The position numbers and the translations under genes are program-made. From Plasmodiophora brassicae (taxonomy: Eukaryota), in assembly GCA_036867785.1 (NCBI GenBank), contig CP145427.1:372001-436000 (forward strand): a stretch of DNA of 64,000 nt, given 5' to 3'. Positions 29,376 to 39,896 of the stretch are shown in pieces. The notes beneath the pieces were generated by a model, which was not told the DNA's origin, searched no databases, and was given only the letters and a program-made list of their open reading frames with translations. How positions within the stretch are numbered: the stretch's first letter is position 1; each line of letters opens with the position of its first letter.

Positions 29376-32174
29376 TCATGATGGCGTCTCCTCCGAGAAC
29401 GGGTCCTGGTCTGTCACTGATTCAGAGCGCGTTTCTGGATTCAATTCGCTGCCGGCTAACCGGAAGGATCGCCGAACTTTTCATCATCCGCTGGTACGTC
29501 CAAGGCAGAACGGCCTGAACCTGTCGCTAGCATCCCCTTCCCAGCCGGGCTGGCCGCAATGACATCGGCGTCGTCACACACGCTGAACGGTAAGCCGAAC
29601 TTCGATGGAAGCAATTGCAGTATGTAGGACACAGAGGCTGCGACAGAGGTTGAGGTGTAGCGATGATGAGCATCGTAGGCACCGACCTTCAACGATCGCA
29701 AGGGAAAACCCGCACTCCCCAAAGTTACGTTGATTGTCATCAGAAATGAATCGGAGGATGTGCCCTAGGCGGCAATTGATGCTGGCGTGAAACAATCAGT
29801 TGTCCATTCTGAGTTGGCAGCATGCCTTCAACGTACTTGGTCGTGTTGGCATGGATGACAGCCCAGACGACAATTGGGAATAGAGCGTCTGCGTCAACAA
29901 CCGCTTCAGGATTCCCTAATCCAACCAATCAGATAGCGCAGGAGACAACCGTGACGTGGAGGGGACCTGAATATTCACGGCAGGCGGTTTGAATCGACGA
30001 CACAGTCTGTACCAGCGTGTACAGCATATCGGTAGGGACACACTACTGACAAAGTCAGAGGATCCCATGGACACATGTCACGCCATCCCGTGCAAACCTG
30101 ATTGTCGAGAAGAGACAAGGTCACGATAGCATTAACGAACGGGAAGTCGGGTGGAAGGGATATTGTTTGCGTAGTCGGCCCTAGGAGGAGCGAATAAGTG
30201 CTCGAGCCCTTCGCCAAGTTTCGACACACATGCTGACCAATGTCATCATTGCTGGAAAGATTAGACGTTCGTGGGGTCGTCACCCGAGAACTAACTGCTA
30301 GAGGTGACGTCATAAGGCCTGGGGGAGGGGCAGCGAGATCGTACTCATGCGGTCCCCTGGTTACGCGTTAGCTCCAAATAGTACTGGTGACTCTGGGACG
30401 TACCTAAATTCGGGCAGAATGCCAAGGTCCTTTTGCGTCAGCCTCCACATCCATCTTACTTTGCGGCGAAACTGTTGGTCGCGCTCCAGCTCGGCCACGG
30501 TCTGCAACCTTGTGGTCGTTCGAACGATCCGAGGAAAGATCATGCGGTTGACGTACAGCCGGAGCGCTGGACTGGCTTGATCGGCGGGCGTAATCGAATA
30601 CGACCGAATCAGGAATTTCACCAGATATTCGACAAACGCGTCAACAGCTTCGACGGTCACTCTCCGGTTTGGGCTCTGCGAGCAACGGTGTTAGACAGCG
30701 CTGCCGGAGTCGGCATGTTAACCACTTTGAGAGCATCGCGCAAGAGCGTCATCCACTGCTTGATCAGTTGCCCGACACGTTGGCGTTCATCGAGCATCAA
30801 ACGGTTGAAGGCCGTCTGCGCTGTCCTGTCAGGTCGGTGGTAGTAGAACCCTCGACTCTGGACTTGGACCGTTGTCGCATCTTCAAGCCCCTGCCTTATT
30901 GTTAGCATAGTGTACGTAGGCGAATCGAACATCTACTACCATTTTAACCAGATTGTTCAGCTTCAGCTGCCGTTCGCCTAGAGTCTCAAGTCTAGAGCTC
31001 TGCTTTTGCAAATCTTCATACTGGGCCTTCAAGGCATCAGAAGTGCCACGGAATGATATATCGATACCGGACCCACTTCGAGGTGCTTGAGGACATCTTC
31101 CAGGGAAGAGCAAGCAGTCGTCAACGACAAAATGCTTTCCGGGAGTTGCAGGTTCTCGACAGGTACAAATGTGTCGGTGCTGCTATCGGTCTGAATGATA
31201 GGCGGCAGACAATCGCTAAATCGCACAACGTCATTGGTTGGGCCACCGTCATCCCAGCACTGCCCTCACCTAGGGCATCGCAGGTAATCAGCGATCGCAT
31301 CTGCCATCTTGTTCAGCCACTCGACAGTGTGCGCTTCAATTTCGATGAGCGAATCCAGGTGCAGACGACAGGTTTCGTAGTACGTCCTGCCCAGCGTCGC
31401 AAGACTATCCATCGCCCACCGGTCCCATTTGGACAAGTCGTCTGGCAAAGCATCCATCAGACTACTAAAAAAGAACTTACAAAGCGTCTTCAGGACCTTT
31501 CATCGACGCTTCGATTCCCTTCCTTGTTGTGTGCAGCTTAATGATGTGCTTCTCATGCTGGACAACTGCAGATCGAACTCTGCCCTCGTAGCGTTTCATT
31601 TCGGACAGCATGGCTTCTGCATGTGGATCGTGAGAACGTAAACCAGACACAACGCCAGGTGCCGACGATCGACCACACACCTTCCTTCGACTTGTAAAAG
31701 AATTTTCCGATGCGATCCCGGATCGCATTGGGGCGAAGCTCATCGAGAACCTTCGACGCGATCTGCTGAACCATGTACGGTTCGGGAGGCGGAGACGACG
31801 ATGTCTAAGTACCCATTGTCATACGAGAAACGGAACCTCCAGGTGAACCTGTTTACAAGACTATCGGTTGATGGCACGGTCCTCAACCGCGATCGTTGTT
31901 CTTGTTGCTGGTCATCGTTGTCTTTTGCCTCCGTGCCGTCAACCGCCGATGACATGTTCGCGATCAAATCCATCTGTGCCTGCAGGCACCAGTCCTGGGC
32001 CGGTTGCGCAACGGCAGCCGGCTGAGACCCCGCCTGTTGCTCCAGGAGATCGCCCTCCAGCGCGCCACGCAGCTGTTCTAACCACGCAGGCACAGCCGCG
32101 GCCACGTTCACATCGTCAGGCGACTGGTCGGGGGCCGCCGCACCGTCATCGGGGGCGGGAACCCCGCCCGTCAT
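29376..32174 (-). CDS. VPS9-domain protein (Rab5-family GEF), multi-exon
   Basis: VVDADALFPIVVWAVIHAN...LGHILRFI...FGECGFSLA matches the VPS9 D-x-L-x-P and GE-x-G-(Y/F) motifs. Confidence 0.85.
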
Positions 32175-32476
32175 GCCGATCACGACACGACCGCGGTGCT
32201 GATGGCCGGCCCGCCAAAAAATGTATCTACGCCACACAAACTTTCGAACGAGTTCACGTCGCCGTTTTCCGACGCGCCCCATGCGGGCCAGAACGCGTTT
32301 CTCGAGAATGTTCCCGGCGACGACGGGCGCGTTCGCCGCCCGGGTGGCTGCCCATTTGCCAAAATGCCGGTGGAGCTGCAGTCTGCAGAGCGCGCTGGGC
32401 GGGGACGACCGGTCGGCGTCGCGCGCGGTCGTCGCCGTCGTCGTCGTCGTCGCGCAGGCAGTCGAGAATAGCGGCG

Positions 32477-33604
32477 ATGCGGAGCGACGCGTCGGAGGCG
32501 GCGTACGACTGGTTCCGGGACGTGCTGGGCAGCCCGCGGTTCATCTGCGCGCCCATGGTGCGGCAGTCGGAGCTGGCGTTCCGGCTGCTGGTGCGGTCGC
32601 TGGGGTGCGACCTGGCGTACACGCCGATGGTCCTTGCGAAGGACGTCGTGGAACGGTACGCGCAGACGGGATACGATCGTGTCGCGACGCGCGCGGCGTT
32701 CTTCGCGACCGGTGATCGTCCGCTGATCGCACAGATCGCCGGGAATGACCCGAAGGTTATGGCGGAAGCCGCGCGTCTGCTGGCACCCGACGTCGACGCG
32801 GTTGACGTCAATTTCGGATGCCCTCAGCAATGCGCCCGGCTCGGGCACTATGGTGCATTCCTTCTGGACCATCCGGACACGATGGTCGACATCGTTCGTG
32901 CGATCCGGTCTGCGATTTCAGTTCCGGTCACGTGCAAGATCCGTCTCCGCAACCCCGTTTCGCTGGCGATCGACCTCGCCAAGCGCCTGGAAGATGCCGG
33001 ATGCTCGATGTTGGCTGTGCACGGACGCCTACGCGAACAGCGACATCACTGTGGCCCTGTTAACTATGAAGGCATCGCTGCGATTAAGGCAGCACTTCGG
33101 ATCCCAGTCGTCGCAAACGGCGGGATTCGAAGCCGGGACCACGCATTGCAAGTGATGGAGGCGACCGGATGTGATGCGGTGATGTCTGCGACGGCGCTAC
33201 TTCGACAACCAGCGATGTTCGCGGGGGACCCGGTTTCTGTCTTCGACTGCCTCTGGAGATATGCACGCCTGGCGAGAACGCACCCACCGATTGCGGATGT
33301 ATCCGCACGGGATCACATTCTCACCATCTTTCGCGAGCGATTTCACGCCGAAGGCCACCTGGATCTTGTGGGCATTCTGTCCAATAAGGCGATACGGACA
33401 GCCGGTCAGATTGATGCTGTGCTGGCGATTATCGCTCATCGATTCCAGGAGCCCATTGAGGAAGGGTTCCCCGGGTCCGCTGGCGAGCCGCTGCCGTCGT
33501 TCAACGACATCTGCAACAACCGTCGACTGGGCAACGAATCGTCAAGGTCATCCAGTGACGATGACGATAACGATGAAGGGTACAACGTCTTTGACGGACG
33601 CTGA
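32477..33604 (+). CDS. DUS1: tRNA-dihydrouridine synthase (DUS1-like), single exon
   Basis: APMVRQSELAFR, YTPM, DRPLIAQ, VDVNFGCPQ, GHYGAFL, VTCKIR, AVHGR and PVVANGGI motifs. Confidence 0.93.
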   Translation: MRSDASEAAYDWFRDVLGSPRFICAPMVRQSELAFRLLVRSLGCDLAYTPMVLAKDVVERYAQTGYDRVATRAAFFATGDRPLIAQIAGNDPKVMAEAARLLAPDVDAVDVNFGCPQQCARLGHYGAFLLDHPDTMVDIVRAIRSAISVPVTCKIRLRNPVSLAIDLAKRLEDAGCSMLAVHGRLREQRHHCGPVNYEGIAAIKAALRIPVVANGGIRSRDHALQVMEATGCDAVMSATALLRQPAMFAGDPVSVFDCLWRYARLARTHPPIADVSARDHILTIFRERFHAEGHLDLVGILSNKAIRTAGQIDAVLAIIAHRFQEPIEEGFPGSAGEPLPSFNDICNNRRLGNESSRSSSDDDDNDEGYNVFDGR

Positions 33605-33774
33605 CAATTTGTGTCGTCCTGTCCGCACAGAGAAGTGTTTCCCTTGCAAATCATTTTCTCGGTTCTCTACAATCTGTTTCTGTGTGGGACAAGAGAGGTT
33701 CCAACGACTGCGATATTTGCAATGTGGGTTCCCGGATTCGATTAGTACCGTGTACTCTGCCCATCGTCCTGTGG

Positions 33775-34030
33775 CACTGCGGTTCGAGTCGGTGACGTTC
33801 GCGCCGGGCCCTGATTCGTTTCCAGTGGTGAACCAGTCGGGCGTCCTGGCGTCTTCGCTGTTGCCGCTCGCGAAGCTGCTCCTGGAGAACTGCTCCATTT
33901 CCATTGCATCCGCTTCCGCAGCATCGTCTTGGTGGAAGACGTGCATTTAGCGGCGGTCTGCTACCGTTACACGACAGCGGTTGGCGTAACCAGCTACCAG
34001 ACATCGAGGACCAGTTCGGATCATGTAGAT
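33775..34030 (+). pseudogene. Internally deleted relic of the PA-like/7TM family
   Basis: Three juxtaposed fragments match the start (FESVTFAPGP..VVNQS), the ICL3 region (AKLLLENCSIS..RFRSI) and the C-terminus (RYTTAVGVTSYQTSRTS) of gene 35852-37361. Confidence 0.8.
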
Positions 34031-34119
34031 CGCAGGTGTGCCGACGATCTGGACAGGTGGCGCATATCTGAGATTCGAATGGTCGGTCTCGGGGGTTCGC
34101 GTACCGTGTACCATATCTG

Positions 34120-35554
34120 ATGATGAGGCTGGCACCATGGTTGCCCGTGGTCGCCCTATGGCACCTGCTCGCCGACCAGACGACCGCGATCGTGATCACG
34201 TTCCAGAACACGACGTTTCCGCAATACGAATCGGTGGCGTTCGCGCTGGGCCCCGTCCCGTACCATGTCGTGAACCGCTCGGTCGTCACCCTATCGCCGA
34301 CCCCTCCCTTTTCGCCGCAGATGTTCGCGTCCCTTACCGGGCGCATCCTGGTTTTTCAAGACGGGGACATATCCAGTTTGGTCGACCAGTGTGCAGCGGC
34401 CGGCTGTGCTGGTCTGTTGCAATGCATGACGCCCCATGAAACTTCAGCCGAGGTCCACGTATGGGCCTGGGTATACCGCAGTGCGAAGGTCCCTTTCTCG
34501 ACTGTCCCTACCGCGTTCGTTGCCAGCAGGACGGCCTGCCAACTGCTGTACGAACTGCCTCAATCCGATATTCGTGTTTCGTTCTCGTCGAGCGAGTTCG
34601 CGAACCCGATGGAGTCGGCGGTGACGTCCGTCCCCGCCCTGCTCTGCTTCTACGCGTCGACGATGTTGAATATCGTCAGCATCGTCATGTCCATCTACAA
34701 ACTGCTGTCCTTCATGATGGACAGCAACTGTATGCCGGCAGTGGGTTTTACGGTGGCGCTGCTTCCTGACTCTGCACTGCAGGGAACCTTCGCCCGATAC
34801 CGCGGTGGCCGCTGCTGGTCATGTCGAACCAGGTCATTGCCTCAGCGATGCGCGTGATCTTTGCCGGAAACACAGCGTTCGCTCGCGTGCAAGGCATCCC
34901 CTATAGCGTGTACCGGCTGACAGTGACAGGTGATTCGCACGTGAAACACGCAGGGCGCCGGCCACTAATGACCTATCCGCAACAGGCTATCTGCCGTTTC
35001 ACCTCGCTTCGACGATGTTCGTCGGCCTGGCCATGCACGAGACCCTATACAAAGGTTCGACGCTGTCGAACCGTCACCGATGGACGTTGGCGGTCTTCAT
35101 GTGGATCCTGGGCGCCATCTTCGCCCTGGATTTCGCGTCCACACTGTACGCTTCGATCAGCCTTTTGGTACTGTTCGACACGATGTTGATCTCGGCGATC
35201 TACCTCGTGCTGAACGTCGTCTGCTCGATCTTCTTCATCCGGTACGGCACGACGGTTGCCAGGTCGCTGCTGGCGAACCAGACCATCTCGGAGGGGGAGC
35301 GCCATCGCCGAATCCATTTCGCCAAGCGCGTTGCCATCAGCGGTGTCATCGGGATCATCGTCCTCATCTGCCAGCTCCTGTTCCAGTTCCTTCACACAGC
35401 GTCACCGCTCGCGTACGTCGTGACGTACACGCTGGCCACGGTCGCCGCCACCTGCCAGGGCATCCTGTTCCAGCTCGCATTCCGAGCCAGGAACTCCATC
35501 TTCAACCGGTCGGCCCAGCCTCAAGGGACGCATGTCGCGACCAGCCAGAAGTGA
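34120..35554 (+). CDS. 7TM receptor-like protein with signal peptide and PA-like ectodomain (3 exons)
   Basis: Signal peptide, CAAAGCAGLLQC...VPTAFVA ectodomain and seven hydrophobic segments. Confidence 0.8.
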
Positions 35555-35851
35555 TTACACACTGCCCGTCCTCCCGCAAAGTCGTACAGATGCCCCTGCA
35601 TTTAGTGCTCGTCCGTAAGATCCAGGTAGTCCAGATCGTCAGTACCGGCCAGGGATCGCACACAACAGACCTGGCCCCCGAGGTCACCGTTCCGCGCGCT
35701 CATGCGATCAGATCGTGGACATCGCCGTTAACGAGGCGGCGAATGCCCATAGTGCTGACCAGGATGAGGAAGGATACCGAGTGCAAGATTCTCAGACGCG
35801 GCTGTACCGTTTGATGATCCGGTCGCCCCACCAGCACATCGATAAGGCGCC

Positions 35852-37361
35852 ATGCGACGCCGTACCGTCGCCGTGTGGCCGCTGCTGTTCAACTCGGCGG
35901 CGGCCCTCGTGATCACGTACCAGAATACGACGTCCCCGAGGTACGAGTCGGTGTCGTTCGCCCTGGGGCCAACTTCGTACCATGTCGCGAACCAGTCGGT
36001 GGTCGTGGTGTCGTCGATGCCGCCGCTGGCGCCGACGGTGGCGGAATCCCTTACGGGTCGCGTCCTCGTCTTCCGGAACGGGTACATCTCCGCCTGGATC
36101 GACGCCTGTTCCGCTGCTGGTTGCGCCGGGCTGCTTCAGTGTACACAGGCCGGCGATTCGAGGACCGAGAAGCTCATTTGGGCCTGGATCTACCGGGGAA
36201 CGAAGGTGCCCTTCGCGAGCATCCCCACCGCGTTCGTTACCAGCGCGGCAGCGTGCGACTCCCTGTACGCCCTTCCGCAAGCGGGTCTACGCGTCACGTT
36301 CTCGTCGGATGAATACGCCAACCCGACGGAGGCGGCGCTGGCGTCGACCCCCGCCCTGATCTGCTTCTACATGTCGACGATGCTGAACGTCGTCAGCATC
36401 GTCCTTGCCATCTACAAGCTCGTCTCGTTCCTGGTCGCCAGTACATGTAAGTGTGTCCGGCGAATAGCAGGAGGCAGCCGCGTGCGAGTGATTGACGCTG
36501 TCTGCTGCATCGCCACAGGGACGTTGCGTCCGATCCCATTGTGGCCCCTGCTGGTCATATCGACCCAGTTAATCGCATCCGTGTTCCGCGTGGTCTTCGC
36601 CGCCAACTCGGCGTTCGCCCGCCTGCAGGGCATCACGTACACCTCGTACCGGCTGACGATCACTGGTACGCATGCGCCTGGGCCACCCGCTGCTGTGCCA
36701 GCGCACGTGTTCACGCTGCAACAGGTTACCTGCCGTTCACGTTCGCGTCGACGATGTCCGTTGGCCTGGCGATGCATCAGCACCTGTACAAGGGCCACCC
36801 GGTGTCGAAGCGCCATCAGGCGACCATTGCGGCGTTCGTCGTCACCTTGCTGATCGTCTTCACGATGGACTTTGCGTTCACGTTGTACACGGCGATCAGC
36901 GGCGTGAGCGCCGTCAACACCGCGTTCCTGTCCGTGTTCTATCTGGTGCTGAACGTCCCGTGCTCGCTCTGCTTCATCAAGTACGGGTCGTCGGTCGCGA
37001 AATCGCTCCTGGAGAACTACTCCATCTCGAATGGCGAGCGCTTCCGCAGCATCATCTTTGCGAAGCGCACCGCCCTCAGCGGCGCTCTGGGAGTCGTCGT
37101 CCTCGCCGGCCAGGTCAGTGCGATGGAACCCACAGACGTCATGATGTCTCTGATCGTCCCGACCAGGTGCTCTTCATGGCGCTGTACACCGTATCGCCGT
37201 TCGCGTACCTGACGACGTACACGCTGGCGACCGCTGCCGGGACGCTCCAGGGCATCCTCTTCCAGCTGGCGTTCCGCGCCAAGAACTCCATCTTCTCCCG
37301 GTACACGGCCAGGGTGGGCGCAACCGACTACCAGGCGTCGCGAACGAGTACCAATCAATGA
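35852..37361 (+). CDS. 7TM receptor-like protein with signal peptide and PA-like ectodomain (4 exons), tandem paralog
   Basis: Colinear with 34120-35554 (YESVSFALGP, WAWIYR, GILFQLAFRAKNSIF). Confidence 0.8.
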
Positions 37362-37421
37362 ACGACGGGGGGCGGGGTACAGACGGCACACATGTTCGGG
37401 AATGCAGACAGGGCAGTGTTG

Positions 37422-38549
37422 TCACCCAGGAGCGTGTTCCACGGAAGCATTCGCGTTCAGGACCTTGAACGCGTTCATCGCCAGCGTCGCCTCGACGAAC
37501 GTGTGGTCCTCGTCGATGCAGTCGTCGACGATGATGACGTTGAGGTTCCTGAGCAGGTCGGGATCCTCGCGGCACTTGGCAAACAGGGCGGCAGGGGCGC
37601 ATTTCAACGGCTTCGCGAATCGCAGGATCGACGAGGGCGACCGCCAGCGCAACAGCCCGTTCCGGATGTGCTTCAGCTCGGGCGTGAACAGGAGCTGCAT
37701 GACGTGGAGCTTCAGGGCCTCCCGTCGGCGCGCCTGCTCGCAGGCGTGCGCCAGAACGCGGTCGTAGGAATCCGTGTTCGGCCACGACGACAGGATGCAG
37801 GACTGGTCCCAGATGTCCGCCCGCTCAGCGGCCCTCGCCTCGTCGTATATGACAACGACCTGGACCCCGCTGTCGATGAACTCCCGCAGGGGCGTCATCG
37901 GCCGCAGGCAGGACGACTGTCGAGCGACGCGATCGCGACCGATAATGTTGACGACCTCACGCACGATGTCGTCGTGGTGGTCGTCCCTGTCGGCCCCGTA
38001 CACGTGGTTGAAATCGACAATGACGACCTCCTGCACGCACCGGTAAGGGCTGGGCGCGACATCGTGCGCGTTGTGTTCCCGCGTACGGTACCTGCGGGTA
38101 CGAGTCGAGGAAGGCCCGGATCTGGCGCATGCAATCCTGCAGCAAGATGCAGCAGACGCCATGGCACATGCTCATCGCACGCGTCCGCGGGCAGTACTGA
38201 ACGCGCGCATCGATATACCGAATACCATGGCGAAGCTGATCGAACACCGAATACCGTTGGCACTGGCAGGTGTCGTTTGAAACGCGCGCACCCACACGAA
38301 CGGAACCCCACGTACCTTCGTCCACCTGGAGATGACGGCAGAGACGGGCGGGACTTTCAGGAACGGCCGTATGCTGTCGCCGAGGTCGCCAGCGGGCACC
38401 GTCGAACACGACGTGATCGCGTACGACGCCGAATTGTGGCTGCCGGGCAGCGCCAGCTCGTTCAGCGGCAGCGACGCGATGCCGCCGGCCTCCCGGTACG
38501 CCCGCGTCATCCACGACGACAATCGCTCGACCGCATCGGACGCGACCAT
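37422..38549 (-). CDS. PI-PLC X-domain protein (PLCXD family)
   Basis: PLNELALPGSHNSASY, QLRHGIRYIDAR and PQEVVIVDFNH motifs. Confidence 0.9.
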
Positions 38550-38828
38550 GTCTGTGACCGCCGGCCCACACCCCCCAGCACAACATCCGCACCACCCGGC
38601 CCGACCAGATTCGTTGTCGTGGCCCGCCATGCCCCGTCTGCGTGCGAAGGCACCGTCGCCTGCAGCTCACACGCCACCGCCCACATCAGCGGCCAAAAAC
38701 GGCGGCGACGGCGTTCGGCAAAACTTGCGCCTGATAAGTCTACCTCCAGTCCGTACAGTACCGGCACAGACGTCCGGAGCGCTTCACGAGTTACTCGTAC
38801 CGATGGCGATGATCATACAATGTCTGGT

Positions 38829-39796
38829 TCATTCCAACGGGACCGGATCGCCGGGCGCAGCGCAGATCATCGTCAGGTCGTCGCACGCAGAGCCGTTCCT
38901 GACATCGTCGACGATTTTGGACCACTCGCCAATGAGCTCGTAGTTGGACAGGCAGTTGACCAGCCCCTTGAACGTCACGTTCTGATCCAACGGAGTCAGC
39001 AGGCGACGACGACGCGCGCGAGTAAACGACCCCGACCGGGTTCTCGAACTGATCGTCGAGTGGCAGGACGTACTTGCAGCGGAAATCCCTGGCGGCCTTG
39101 GCGATGACCTGCACCGCCTCCACCGGATTCGTGATGAAGTTGACGAACGACCGGTTGAACGGGCATGTCGTCAGGGCAAACAGTCGAACTGTGCAATGGT
39201 GGACAGTACGTTAATCATTGGGCAAACCGCAATGTCAGTATTCGTCCCCTACCCGCCGTAAGGTAGATGTCGATTCGACCCGTTGTGGACCCAACCGCTT
39301 CCATTTCGGCAGGCGTCAAACCGTGAGGCGCATAGCAGACCGTCCGCTGGGTCTCCGTGTTCTGAACCAGGTAAATGACATAGTGACCATAGCCGACCCA
39401 TGTCCATATCTTCAAGTTGAGCTCGGGCAGGCAGAACGCTTTTCCACTTGTCCGGTCGACAGGATGGTATGCCTTGACCGTCAGCATGCTCAGGTCGGGT
39501 TTCGACGGGGCAAACAGGACCGTATCCGCCATCTTCGAATGCAGAGCCCTGAAATGCGACACCTGGGAATGATCCAGGCCGGACGCCATGACGACATGCG
39601 GCGGCGGTATCGTCGACGAGCTGAACGCGGCCGACCCTTCGGAGCGTTCCCAGTTGATTTGCCAGGCGCTGTGATCCGGATGCACAAGCGTCCTGGGCGC
39701 GTCTTCGAGATGCGGATCAAACAGCAAACACTTCCCGTCCAGCTTGACGAGGTGCCCCACCCCGAACGACGTCGTCCGAATCGCAACGGATGCCAT
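38829..39796 (-). CDS. Metallo-beta-lactamase-fold protein (Lactamase_B_3-like)
   Basis: LVKLDGKCLLFDPHL, SGLDH..SH and TVCYAPHG resemble this family. The metal ligands look divergent. Confidence 0.5.
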
Positions 39797-39896
39797 ATTT
39801 GGACTGGCCGCGTCAAAAATACACCTTTTACGAAACACTTCGGCATTCAGAACGTTCGCTAGAACTCGCGTAGAGACGTGCCTTTCCTTGACCACG

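Noticed and set aside
32477-33604. Intronless DUS1 as possible horizontal transfer
   Set aside because: The motifs are of the eukaryotic DUS1 type, and lack of introns alone is not evidence.
37392-39107. 571-aa plus-strand ORF and similar long shadow ORFs
   Set aside because: Antisense to real GC-rich genes (PLCXD, MBL-fold), with no recognisable motifs.
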